Below, piece by piece: positions 15,653 to 24,645 of a stretch of 56,381 nt of DNA; position 1 is the first letter of the stretch, and each line of letters opens with the position of its first letter. The translations under genes and the position numbers were made by a program. Origin of the DNA: an uncultured Candidatus Saccharibacteria bacterium. GTDB lineage: Bacteria > Patescibacteriota > Minisyncoccia > Phycocordibacterales > CAIRYW01. The stretch spans positions 1 through 56,381 of the forward strand of contig CAYORS010000003.1 in the NCBI GenBank assembly GCA_964406475.1, read 5' to 3'. The notes under the pieces were generated by a model that was not told the origin of the DNA, searched no databases, and worked only from the letters and a program-made list of their open reading frames with translations.

Positions 15653-16667
15653 AGCTGGTATCAAACATGTTCAATCTGTTGTTCAGAAGATGGAGAGGGT
15701 AGATACATCGGATTGGAAAACATATGAAGACGAAGATATGGGATACTCAGTTGCTTATCCGGAGTCATATCATGTAGCTTACAAACACAACCTGGTAAAC
15801 TATAATGAAAATTCTCCTGAATATGTGAAAGGTAATCCAAATGGAGTAAAAATCCAATTTTATAGAGGCAATGCTTTTGGTTTAGACCTAACAAAATCAT
15901 ACCAGAGAGAAGAACTATTCAAGAGTTATTACGGATCAGATGCCTCAATTGCAAGATTACCAACAAAAGTAGAGGGGATAGCTCCAGTCGGAGAATTCAC
16001 TTATCGTAATAGTATCTTAAGTGGTCCAGGAGGGGCCTTTGATGTGTATTATGCTTTTGCTAAGGATGGAAAGAGTTACTATACAGCTACTGTTTGGTAT
16101 ATAAATAATGATGCAAAGACGGTGATGAATATTTTGTCTTCATTTAGACCAATTGCGATTCCAAATTATAAAGTATTCAGATCAGATACAAACAAATTTG
16201 AGATTCACTACCCAAAAGACTTTACATTCAGTGAATCAAATGATGCAGGATACAATAATGAGCTAAATTTGTATCACGTGTCATTCAATCCTTCGCCAAA
16301 TTATCAGAAAGGCACAGATTTTGGTAATGCATTTGTCGATGTCTCTATCAGCTCTAAAACTGAAAATTGCAAAAAACAAAACCCGCAAGGTCTAGTGTTT
16401 ACAGGCACTAAAACAATCGGAGGTGAGACATTTTATTTTGATCCAAAGCAACCTACGTCTGATGCAGCTATGGGAGGGGAGAGAGGGTTCAGTTCACTTT
16501 TTGCTACAGTGTATAATGGTCAGTGTTATAGAATACAAAAATTGCTTTCTTATCGAGATCTACACGGATTCGTAGATGAACCGTATAACTATCCACCACA
16601 CTTTGATGAGAAAAAAGTAAATGAAGATTTGGATACTATTATAAACAGCTTCAAATTCACAAAATAA
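15543..16667 (+). CDS. Membrane-anchored paralog 2
   Basis: 374 aa. Same N-terminal anchor and C-terminal SFKFTK as paralogs 1 and 3. Two internal modules begin DWKTYEDEDMGYSVAYP and NKFEIHYP. Confidence 0.8.
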   Translation: MTIIWNKVTWYSKLLAVIVFVGAVWLGFYFNSEFKKVAGIKHVQSVVQKMERVDTSDWKTYEDEDMGYSVAYPESYHVAYKHNLVNYNENSPEYVKGNPNGVKIQFYRGNAFGLDLTKSYQREELFKSYYGSDASIARLPTKVEGIAPVGEFTYRNSILSGPGGAFDVYYAFAKDGKSYYTATVWYINNDAKTVMNILSSFRPIAIPNYKVFRSDTNKFEIHYPKDFTFSESNDAGYNNELNLYHVSFNPSPNYQKGTDFGNAFVDVSISSKTENCKKQNPQGLVFTGTKTIGGETFYFDPKQPTSDAAMGGERGFSSLFATVYNGQCYRIQKLLSYRDLHGFVDEPYNYPPHFDEKKVNEDLDTIINSFKFTK

Positions 16668-16670
16668 TCT

Positions 16671-16780
16671 ATGAAAATAATCTGGAACAAAGTAACGTGG
16701 TATTCAAAACTTCTTGCAGTTATTGTGTTTGTAGGCACTATTTGGCTAGGGTTTTATTTTAATTCTGAATTCAAAAAGGT
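16671..16780 (+). repeat. Conserved 5' block of the paralog family, copy 3
   Basis: 110 nt, mosaic of the copy-1-like block (gtaggcactatttggctagg) and the copy-2-like block. Confidence 0.8.
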
Positions 16781-17183
16781 GTCTGATATCAAACCTGTTG
16801 AAGTACAAAGTCAAAGCGATATAGACACTAAAGATTGGAAAACATACAGGAATGAGAAGTACGGGTTTGAATTTAAGTATCCTGCAAATTTGGAATTCAA
16901 TGCTGAGGTATCAAACAAACCTCAGGCTGAGTATATAGTCTGGACTTCTGATGATAGGGGTTACAAAATTCAATTTTTGATTGGGGCGAACATAAAACTT
17001 ACTCCAGCAAAAGATATGGGAAATACAGATTTTCCGGGAATGATTTGGCACAAAACTTTATGGAATCCTGGAACTAGTGAACAAAATTATGTTTACGAAA
17101 ATTCTAATATTCAGGTCTTGGTGAGTCCTGATTATGAAATATTGTTCGAGCAAATTCTACCGACTTTCAAATTCATACATTAA
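16671..17183 (+). CDS. Membrane-anchored paralog 3
   Basis: 170 aa. Same anchor, DWKTYRNEKYGFEFKYP module, C-terminal TFKFIH. Confidence 0.8.
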   Translation: MKIIWNKVTWYSKLLAVIVFVGTIWLGFYFNSEFKKVSDIKPVEVQSQSDIDTKDWKTYRNEKYGFEFKYPANLEFNAEVSNKPQAEYIVWTSDDRGYKIQFLIGANIKLTPAKDMGNTDFPGMIWHKTLWNPGTSEQNYVYENSNIQVLVSPDYEILFEQILPTFKFIH

Positions 17184-17202
17184 TTTTTTAAAATTACTCA
17201 TC

Positions 17203-17871
17203 ATGTCTCTCTACATCATCGCAACACCTATAGGTAACCTTGAAGATATTACTCTTCGTGCACTTCGAATTCTTAAAGAAGTAGATTTGGTTTTGTGTGA
17301 AGATACTCGTGAGACTCGAAAGCTTTTGAATCATTATGATATAAAGACCATGACACAGTCATATCATGCACAGTCGAAGCTTTCAAAGATTGATTCAATT
17401 ATTGCAATGCTGGCGGACGGAAGAAATATTGCACTGGTATCAGATGCTGGTACTCCTGCAATCTCTGATCCTGGGTCACTTTTGGTGAAAAAGGTGCGAG
17501 AGGAATTGCCTGATATGCGTATTCTTGCGGTCCCTGGTCCATCAGCTCTCACCTCAGCGTTTTCTGCAAGTGGGATTGTGGGAGGGGAGTTTACGTTCCT
17601 GGGATTTTTGCCACACAAGAAAGGGCGAGAGACGTTGTTCAAAGAGATTGCGAGTGGAGATCGTCCATACATATTTTATGAGTCACCACATCGTCTTCTA
17701 AAAGCTCTTGAGTCACTCGTGAAGTTTGCTCCACAAAAGACTGTCTTTGTAGCAAAAGAAATATCAAAAGTTTTTGAAGAATATGTCACAGGGACTCCAG
17801 ATGAAATGCTTGCGTATTTTATACAAAACTCTGAAAAAGTAAGAGGGGAGTTTGTTGTGATTGTTTCGTGA
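17203..17871 (+). CDS. rsmI: 16S rRNA (cytidine1402-2'-O)-methyltransferase RsmI
   Basis: Starts at the internal ATG (MSLYIIATPIGNLEDITLRALRILKEVDLVLCEDTR), with the tetrapyrrole-methylase fold motif VSDAGTPAISDPG. Confidence 0.9.
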   Translation: MSLYIIATPIGNLEDITLRALRILKEVDLVLCEDTRETRKLLNHYDIKTMTQSYHAQSKLSKIDSIIAMLADGRNIALVSDAGTPAISDPGSLLVKKVREELPDMRILAVPGPSALTSAFSASGIVGGEFTFLGFLPHKKGRETLFKEIASGDRPYIFYESPHRLLKALESLVKFAPQKTVFVAKEISKVFEEYVTGTPDEMLAYFIQNSEKVRGEFVVIVS

Positions 17872-17919
17872 TGCTTATATATGGTAGAATAGGTGTGATT
17901 AGAAATTTAAAAATAAAAA

Positions 17920-18252
17920 ATGAAAATTAACCGCGTTCATGTTGTTGTTGGAATTTTTCTTGTTTTAATCCCTCTTACAGGTGTCACTCAAGGTTTCAAA
18001 AATTGGTCAAGTATTTTGGCAGGAGTTGTGATTTTGTATTTTGCAATGAGATCAATACACAGTGAAATTACAAAAAGACAAAGTCGGCATCGCAGGTCTG
18101 ATTCTTTTGTTGAGTCTCGACCGAGAGATTTTTCTTCAAGAATCAAACAAGCCTCTTTCGACAAAGACAAAAAACCTCTCGAAAACAAACAAAGTGTAGA
18201 ATCCGAAGAAAAAGGGGATATACAAGAATCTAACCCTCACTCACTAGAATGA
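17920..18252 (+). CDS. Small membrane protein with a charged tail
   Basis: 110 aa with two TM helices. ATGA overlap with the next gene. Confidence 0.55.
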   Translation: MKINRVHVVVGIFLVLIPLTGVTQGFKNWSSILAGVVILYFAMRSIHSEITKRQSRHRRSDSFVESRPRDFSSRIKQASFDKDKKPLENKQSVESEEKGDIQESNPHSLE

Positions 18253-19469
18253 AGTATTTTTTTGCAGGCGTACTTATTTTTGGGTTACTTTGTTTAGGTG
18301 TATTTTTTGTTATACCTTTTTTCTTCAATAATCAGAATGTATTATCTTCACAAGATGCAAACAAAGAAAAAAAAACCGACATTGAAGAAACTCCTCAACC
18401 ACCTGTAATTTCTCACATCGAAACACCTGAGCCACTTAAGGCAATATATATGTCTGCGTGTTATGCGGGAAGTAAAAAATTAAGAGAAGGATTGGTAGAC
18501 CTTATAGATACAACAGAACTCAATGCTCTTGTGATTGATATCAAAGATTATAGTGGCAAGGTGTCTTTTGCTCCCAATGCTGACTGGGATTCTTTTGTAT
18601 CTAACAAATGTAGTGTTTCTGATATGGCGGATTTTATTAAAACTCTGCACGAAAAAAATATTTATGTCATAGGACGGATTACATCTTTTCAAGATCCATA
18701 TTTTGCCAAGCTTCATCCAGAGATTGCAGTAAAACGTAATTCAGACAAAACCATCCTGTGGGCTGATAAAAAGGGAATCAACTATCTTGACCCAAGTGCA
18801 CCGCTTACAATCGATCATCTCACAAAGCTTGCTACTGATTCGTATGATATAGGTTTTGATGAAATCAATTTTGATTATATTAGGTTCCCTTCAGATGGTA
18901 ATATGAAAGATATTTATTTTCCATATTCTGAGGGTAAGAATAGAGCGACGGTAATGGAAGATGTCTTCAAATCACTATCTCAAAATTTGAAACCAAAAGG
19001 TATTGTTATTTCTGCCGATCTTTTTGGTATGGTGACCACCAACACTGATGATTTGAATATTGGGCAAGTATTAGAGCGGGCTTTACCTTACTTTGACTAT
19101 ATTGCACCGATGGTGTATCCATCCCATTATCCTCCGAACTTTAATGGCTGGAAAGATCCCAACAAATATCCTTATGATTTGATTAAGTTTGTGATGTCGA
19201 GTGCGGTCAAAAGAACTGTTGCTACTACAACCAGTGTAGAAACTTTTGATGGTGTATATGTCGCATCATCATCCCCTCGTCTTTATACCAAAGAAAGTTT
19301 TAGCAAACTTAAGATGCGCCCATGGCTTCAAGATTTTGACTATGGAGGCAACTACGATATTCCGGAAGTAAAAGCTCAGATTAAGGCAACATATGATGCA
19401 GGGCTTACAAGTTGGATGTTATGGTCACCATCAAACAGGTATACTGTAGGTGCGTTAGAGAAAAACTAA
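18249..19469 (+). CDS. Putative glycoside hydrolase (DUF4015-like TIM barrel) with an N-terminal anchor
   Basis: 406 aa. TELNALVIDIKDYSGKVSF and FDEINFDYIRFP resemble the DUF4015 family; this rests on memory only. Confidence 0.65.
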   Translation: MKYFFAGVLIFGLLCLGVFFVIPFFFNNQNVLSSQDANKEKKTDIEETPQPPVISHIETPEPLKAIYMSACYAGSKKLREGLVDLIDTTELNALVIDIKDYSGKVSFAPNADWDSFVSNKCSVSDMADFIKTLHEKNIYVIGRITSFQDPYFAKLHPEIAVKRNSDKTILWADKKGINYLDPSAPLTIDHLTKLATDSYDIGFDEINFDYIRFPSDGNMKDIYFPYSEGKNRATVMEDVFKSLSQNLKPKGIVISADLFGMVTTNTDDLNIGQVLERALPYFDYIAPMVYPSHYPPNFNGWKDPNKYPYDLIKFVMSSAVKRTVATTTSVETFDGVYVASSSPRLYTKESFSKLKMRPWLQDFDYGGNYDIPEVKAQIKATYDAGLTSWMLWSPSNRYTVGALEKN

Positions 19470-19523
19470 CTACTCACTTCTATAATTTTCACTTTTTTAT
19501 TTTACTCTCATTTATATTTGTTT

Positions 19524-19529
19524 TATAAT
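19524..19529 (+). promoter_or_regulatory. -10 element (TATAAT) 7 nt upstream of the ATG at 19537
   Basis: Exact TATAAT. There is no room for a Shine-Dalgarno sequence. Confidence 0.45.
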
Positions 19530-19536
19530 TAAAACA

Positions 19537-21276
19537 ATGAATGAAGATCCTAATAAAGTAGTTTATTTTGCTGAGACAGATGCGCGTAACCGCAAGACAA
19601 AATTTGGTATTAAAATCAAAGATCGTTCTCGCCATACCTATGTTATAGGAAAGACAGGTATGGGTAAATCAACACTCCTCGAAAATCTTGCAATCCAAGA
19701 TATTCAAGAAGGAAGAGGAATTGCCTTCCTTGATCCGCACGGGAAGACGGCAGACCTCTTGCTCGAATATGTGCCTGAAGAAAGATTAAAAGACGTTCTT
19801 TATTTTGCACCTTTCGATCTTGATTTCCCTATATCTTTTAATGTACTTGAAGATGTGGGTCCCGACAAAAGACATCTTGTTGCAAACGGTCTTATGTCTG
19901 CCTTCAAAAAGATTTGGGTTGATGCGTGGAGTGCGCGTATGGAATATATATTGAACAATATTCTTCTTGCACTTTTGGAGTACCCTGATTCTACTTTGAT
20001 TGGAGTCAATCGTATTTTGGCTGATGAAGATTATCGCAAAAAAGTAGTCGAGTATATTACAGATCCATCGGTCCGATCTTTTTGGGTAGATGAGTTTGCC
20101 AAATATGGTTCCAAATATATGCAAGAAGCGGGCGCATCTATTCAAAACAAGATTGGCCAATTCATTTCTAATCCACTGATTCGAAATATTATAGGACAAC
20201 CAAAATCAACCTTCGATATTCGTGAGCTTATGGATTCACGAAAAATTCTCATCATCAACCTCTCAAAAGGTCTCGCTGGAGAAGCGAACGCGAATCTTTT
20301 GGGTGCAATGCTTATCACAAAAATCTATCTTGCTGCAATGAGTCGTGCGGATAAGCGCGATGCCGAGCTTGAGGCACTTCCTAACTTTTATTTGTATGTT
20401 GATGAGTTTCAGAACTTTGCAAACGAATCTTTTGCAGATATTCTTTCAGAAGCTCGTAAATACAAACTCAATCTTACTGTTGCTCATCAATATATCGAAC
20501 AAATGACAGAAGAGGTAAGAGCTGCGGTGTTCGGTAACGTGGGTACAATGATTACGTTTCGTGTGGGTGCATATGATGCAGAAGTCCTTGAGAAAGAGTT
20601 TGCTCCTGAGTTTATGGCGACAGATCTTGTTAATCTTGGTTTCGCACAGATTTATTTGAAGCTTATGATTGATGGTGTGTCATCAAAACCTTTTTCTGCA
20701 ACCACTCTTCCTCCTGTGCCTAAACCAGCAAAAAATCTTCGATTGGATATTATAGAAAATTCTCGCGCTACTTTTGCACGCAAGAGAGAAGATGTCGAAA
20801 ATGAAATCCGCCAATGGCATGAAGAATCACAAAAATCAATGCATTCTCAGGCAAAGTCTAAAAAAGGTAATTATCAAAGTCCTATAGATCAGGCTCTTAA
20901 GGCTGTGTTGGGAAAAGAACCAATAGCACAATCATCATATGAAGACAAAAAACACACTCACACAGGAGGTGCTAAATTTTTATCTCAATCACAAAAAGAA
21001 AACAAACCAGGTTCTGAATCTGAAAGAGAAAAAGCTCTAAGAAAAGCTGTGTCACTTAGTTACTTAAAACAACAATCTTCTCCTCGAGAGAAAAAAGCAC
21101 CTACAGAAGAGCATCTTAAAGATCTGCGAAGTGCACTATCTTCTATTATGTCTTCTTCAGGTGAAGAAAAAGACACACCTCCTGTACCACCTCAAAAAAA
21201 TATTGATAACAGCAAAAAAGAAGAGCCTAAAGAAGTACCGGAAGATGTTTTAAAAAAAATATTAGCACTCGACTAG
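19537..21276 (+). CDS. VirD4/TraD-like (type IV secretion coupling protein-like) P-loop ATPase with a disordered C-terminal tail
   Basis: 579 aa. Walker A GKTGMGKSTLLEN, Walker B FYLYVDEFQNF. The last ~165 aa are K/E/S-rich low-complexity sequence. No N-terminal TM segment. Confidence 0.7.
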   Translation: MNEDPNKVVYFAETDARNRKTKFGIKIKDRSRHTYVIGKTGMGKSTLLENLAIQDIQEGRGIAFLDPHGKTADLLLEYVPEERLKDVLYFAPFDLDFPISFNVLEDVGPDKRHLVANGLMSAFKKIWVDAWSARMEYILNNILLALLEYPDSTLIGVNRILADEDYRKKVVEYITDPSVRSFWVDEFAKYGSKYMQEAGASIQNKIGQFISNPLIRNIIGQPKSTFDIRELMDSRKILIINLSKGLAGEANANLLGAMLITKIYLAAMSRADKRDAELEALPNFYLYVDEFQNFANESFADILSEARKYKLNLTVAHQYIEQMTEEVRAAVFGNVGTMITFRVGAYDAEVLEKEFAPEFMATDLVNLGFAQIYLKLMIDGVSSKPFSATTLPPVPKPAKNLRLDIIENSRATFARKREDVENEIRQWHEESQKSMHSQAKSKKGNYQSPIDQALKAVLGKEPIAQSSYEDKKHTHTGGAKFLSQSQKENKPGSESEREKALRKAVSLSYLKQQSSPREKKAPTEEHLKDLRSALSSIMSSSGEEKDTPPVPPQKNIDNSKKEEPKEVPEDVLKKILALD

Positions 21277-21277
21277 T

Positions 21278-21400
21278 ATGATTTTGGTTGTTTTTTTGGT
21301 TGTTGGAGTTGGTGTAGTGGGGGCGCTGTGTTTGTGGTCGGGGGATGCTGTGGAAAACGATGCCCTAGAAAATTTTGAGATTATTGAACAAAATATATGA
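21278..21400 (+). CDS. Possible 40-aa membrane micro-protein
   Basis: MILVVFLVVGVGVVGALCLWSGDAVENDALENFEIIEQNI. Its stop overlaps the next ATG (ATGA). It is below the ORF-track size cutoff. Confidence 0.3.
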   Translation: MILVVFLVVGVGVVGALCLWSGDAVENDALENFEIIEQNI

Positions 21401-22578
21401 ATAAAAAAAGAGTACTTATTTTTTCGCTTACTTACTATCCGCGCTTTGTTGGTGGGGCAGAAGTAGCAATCAAAGAAATCACTGATAGACTGGGGGATCT
21501 ATATGAGTTTGATATGATAACTCTGCGATTTGACAGAAACCTTCCTCGTCTAGAGCAGATAGGTAATGTGCGCATCTTTCGTATTGGTCCTGTATGGGGA
21601 AGAGATATTACACCAAGTAATCTTCATATTGTACACACGCTCGCAAAATACCTTTTTGTGCCCCTAGGGTTTGTAAAAGCAATATCTCTTCATATGACTC
21701 GGAAGTACAATGCTCTTTGGAGTATGATGGCATCGTATAATTCTTTTGCTGCACTACTTTTTAAAAAGGTACACCCTTCTGTTCCTTTCCTTCTTACTTT
21801 ACAAGAAGGGGATCCTATCCCTCATATCAAAAGACGAGCTCGGTTTTTTTGGTCTTTTTTTAAAAACATATTTGTGTCTGCAAATGTAATACAGGCTATT
21901 TCACAATACTTGGGGCATTTTGCACTCGAGATGGGTGCTACGTGTCCTATTATTGTTGTTCCCAATGGTGTTGATTTTTACAAATTCAGTACTACATCTT
22001 CTGAAGAAGATTTGAAACAGGTGTCTCATAAGATGCAAAAAAAAGATACAGATATCACACTCATTACTACATCACGTCTTGTCATCAAAAACGGTATTTC
22101 TTATGTACTGCGTGCACTCGTGCATCTTCCCTCTAATTTTAAATTTGTAGTTCTCGGTATTGGACCTCTCGGCCAAACACTCAAAAAAGAAGCAGCAATA
22201 CTTGGTGTGGAAGATAGAGTTATTTGGCTTGATCATATTTCTCATACCGAAATACCTCTATATCTTAAAGCATCAGACATCTTTGTCCGCACCCCAATAT
22301 CAGAAGGCTTTGGCAATTCTTATGTCGAAGCTATGGCTTGTGGTATCCCATGTATCGCAACTCCTGTGGGAGGCATACTTGATTTTATCAAGGAGGGAGA
22401 GACAGGTCTTTATGTTGATATTGACAATCCCGAGAGCATTGTCGACGCTGTTATGGATCTTGTTCGCAACCCCGATCTAGTATCAAAAATAAAGCGTCAG
22501 TCATTCGAAATGGTAAAAGAAAAATACGATTGGGATATTGTCGCAGAGGGGATGAATAGTGTATTTAAGAGTTTGTAA
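21397..22578 (+). CDS. GT4-family glycosyltransferase
   Basis: 393 aa. GT-B C-terminal motif EGFGNSYVEAMACGIPCIATPVGGILDFI. Confidence 0.9.
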   Translation: MNKKRVLIFSLTYYPRFVGGAEVAIKEITDRLGDLYEFDMITLRFDRNLPRLEQIGNVRIFRIGPVWGRDITPSNLHIVHTLAKYLFVPLGFVKAISLHMTRKYNALWSMMASYNSFAALLFKKVHPSVPFLLTLQEGDPIPHIKRRARFFWSFFKNIFVSANVIQAISQYLGHFALEMGATCPIIVVPNGVDFYKFSTTSSEEDLKQVSHKMQKKDTDITLITTSRLVIKNGISYVLRALVHLPSNFKFVVLGIGPLGQTLKKEAAILGVEDRVIWLDHISHTEIPLYLKASDIFVRTPISEGFGNSYVEAMACGIPCIATPVGGILDFIKEGETGLYVDIDNPESIVDAVMDLVRNPDLVSKIKRQSFEMVKEKYDWDIVAEGMNSVFKSL

Positions 22579-22586
22579 ATAAAAAT

Positions 22587-22606
22587 ACCAACCTTTTCGG
22601 GTTGGT
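22587..22606. terminator. Hairpin between convergent genes
   Basis: accaacc ttttcg ggttggt. The T-rich tail is on the minus strand and the A-rich tract is on the plus side. Confidence 0.55.
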
Positions 22607-22607
22607 G

Positions 22608-23024
22608 TTAAGTCTGAGGCAGGGCCGCAGGGGCATGTTCAGACACTTGAAAGATATGTGCCTTTGGACCATCATCAGTTTGTTGATAGGTGTCGTATGA
22701 GTCTATAACAAACAGACCTGCGCCCGAAGCGATTGTCTCCGCTAATGCAAGGGCGTGTTCATGATCAATGTCGACTTTGAATAATTCTGTTCCCAGCTTT
22801 GATCCGAATACAGGTTTTCCAGTATCTGGATCTATTTTCCATGCGAGGAGACGATCCATTTCGACATCGTCAACCACCACTTTCCGGAGGACATAGATAA
22901 AGGTGGTCTCAAAATGGACGAGAATAAAGTCACCTGGTGTAAGTTTTGTGTGCTGAGGTGTTCCGTCTTCCAATATAAAATACATAACTTTTTTCAAAAT
23001 AATATAAATTATAAAATTTGTCAA
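22608..23024 (-). CDS. Hypothetical protein
   Basis: 138-aa ORF. The likely start is the internal MYFILEDG at 22985. No motif recognised. Confidence 0.55.
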   Translation of the reverse strand: MTNFIIYIILKKVMYFILEDGTPQHTKLTPGDFILVHFETTFIYVLRKVVVDDVEMDRLLAWKIDPDTGKPVFGSKLGTELFKVDIDHEHALALAETIASGAGLFVIDSYDTYQQTDDGPKAHIFQVSEHAPAALPQT

Positions 23025-23060
23025 CGGTATGATTTGTGCTCGGGATGATAATATTTCTAT

Positions 23061-23219
23061 ATGGGTAATTATAAAATCTACTTTAAAGGTAAAAAAATAA
23101 CACAGCTAGGGCTAGGTCACCTCGGAAACCCACTGTTTTCCGACGCTCGTTATCACTCACTGCCTTCCTTCACAGGAAAACTAGAGTTTTCCCGACCCCT
23201 TTCCCAGTCCCAGTCGTAA
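23061..23219 (+). pseudogene. murD 5'-end remnant or duplicate
   Basis: The 52-codon ORF MGNYKIYFKGKKITQLGLGHLGN... parallels the start of the real MurD (..DYKKYFYGKRVTQLGLGLLGR..). It then diverges into GC-richer sequence with two 7-bp hairpins. Confidence 0.35.
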
Positions 23220-23224
23220 TGATG

Positions 23225-23230
23225 TATACT
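23225..23230 (+). promoter_or_regulatory. -10-like element (TATACT) 7 nt upstream of the murD ATG
   Basis: The position implies a leaderless start. Confidence 0.4.
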
Positions 23231-23237
23231 AAATTTT

Positions 23238-24563
23238 ATGAATAATATTGATTATAAAAAATATTTTTATGGTAAGAGAGTGACTCAACTCGGACTGGGA
23301 TTACTTGGTCGCGGACTTGGGGATGCGATATTTCTTGCAGAATGCGGAGCAGAGTTGATTGTGACAGATTTGAAGACTGAGGAAGATCTCAAGACATCCG
23401 TTGAAAAATTAAAAAATTTTCCAAATGTGACTCTCCATCTCGGAGGGCACAAGCTCGAAGATTTCAGAGACAGAGATTTTATTTTAAAAGGTGCTGGTGT
23501 ACCACTCGATTCAATCTATATCGAAGAGGCTCGAAAGAATAACATTCCAATAGAGATGGATGCATCACTTTTCTGTAAGCTTCTGCCGAAGGAAACACTT
23601 ATTGTGGGTGTGACGGGTACACGCGGTAAATCTACAACAACACATCTCATCAATCATATTTTGAAAACGGCAGGCAAGAAAACGATCCTTGGAGGCAATG
23701 TTCGCGATATGGCAACACTACCATATATCAAAGATGTTGCGGGCGGTGAGGTTGTGGTACTTGAGCTTGATAGTTGGCAGCTTCAAGGATTCGGAGAAAG
23801 TAAAATATCTCCTCATGTTGCAGTCTTCACCACATTTATGCCAGATCATCTAAACTATTATAGAGGTGACTTGGAGAGGTATTTTGATGACAAAGCAAAT
23901 ATCTTTAAATATCAAAATGAGAGTGACGTGCTGGTGGTAGGGGGAGACGTAAGTCAAAAATCAGAATTCAAAGGTCAAAATTGTCATTCAAAAATCAAAA
24001 TCGCCTCAATCGATATCATTCCAAAAACTTGGCAAAGCCACCTTCTGGGAGAACATAACAAGATTAATATTGCTTGTGCGATTGAGGCGTGTAGGGCATT
24101 AGGAATACCTGATGAAGATATAAGAAAAGGTGTAGAGAAGTTTGAGGGAGTAGAAGGAAGATTGCAGTTTGTAAGAGAGGTTAGGGGGATAAAAATCTAT
24201 AATGATAACAATGCTACAACGCCTGAGGCGACAATTGCAGCGCTCAAATCTTTTGAAGAAAAAATCGTTCTTTTTTGTGGTGGGGCAGACAAACAAATAC
24301 CTCTTGAACTTCTAGCACAAGAGATAAATCAAAAATGTAAAAAAGTAATTTTGCTCAGGGGTTCGGGAAGTGAGAAATTAAAACCGCTCCTTGGCGATTT
24401 TGTTGAAGTTGTGAGTTTGCAAGAAGGGGTGTCCCAGGGGCTTTTGTACTGTAACCATGGAGATATTTTGATCTTCAGCCCCGCCTTTGCTTCATTCGGA
24501 CTTTTTAAAAATGAGTACGAAAGAAATGATGAGTTTATGAGGATTGTGTCTGGATTGAAATAG
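23238..24563 (+). CDS. murD: UDP-N-acetylmuramoylalanine--D-glutamate ligase
   Basis: 441 aa. N-terminal Rossmann-like GLGLLGRGLG, Mur-ligase P-loop GVTGTRGKSTTT, NDNNATTPEAT. Confidence 0.88.
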   Translation: MNNIDYKKYFYGKRVTQLGLGLLGRGLGDAIFLAECGAELIVTDLKTEEDLKTSVEKLKNFPNVTLHLGGHKLEDFRDRDFILKGAGVPLDSIYIEEARKNNIPIEMDASLFCKLLPKETLIVGVTGTRGKSTTTHLINHILKTAGKKTILGGNVRDMATLPYIKDVAGGEVVVLELDSWQLQGFGESKISPHVAVFTTFMPDHLNYYRGDLERYFDDKANIFKYQNESDVLVVGGDVSQKSEFKGQNCHSKIKIASIDIIPKTWQSHLLGEHNKINIACAIEACRALGIPDEDIRKGVEKFEGVEGRLQFVREVRGIKIYNDNNATTPEATIAALKSFEEKIVLFCGGADKQIPLELLAQEINQKCKKVILLRGSGSEKLKPLLGDFVEVVSLQEGVSQGLLYCNHGDILIFSPAFASFGLFKNEYERNDEFMRIVSGLK

Positions 24564-24627
24564 GAATTGTTATTTTATTTGCACAAATTGAGACAGAATT
24601 GTGTAGAATAATCTATTAAATAATATA

Positions 24628-24636
24628 TGGTATTAT
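24628..24636 (+). promoter_or_regulatory. Extended -10 (TGgTATTAT) 9 nt upstream of the murC ATG
   Basis: TGn plus TATTAT. No Shine-Dalgarno sequence. Confidence 0.4.
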
Positions 24637-24645
24637 GTTATTTGT

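Noticed and set aside
18367-18375. A9 homopolymer inside the glycoside-hydrolase-like gene (other A/T runs occur at 843-850 and 53103-53110), considered as slipped-strand phase-variation sites
   Set aside because: Such runs are frequent in this AT-rich sequence and encode lysine stretches in frame. There is no evidence of frameshifted alternatives.
22160-22480. Nested or antisense ORFs inside well-supported genes (for example 22160-22480, 25610-25792, 26949-27395, 31531-31872, 34863-35321, 42307-42672, 46443-46763)
   Set aside because: All lie within longer ORFs that have clear family motifs. Their translations are low-complexity or hydrophobic artefacts of AT-rich sequence.
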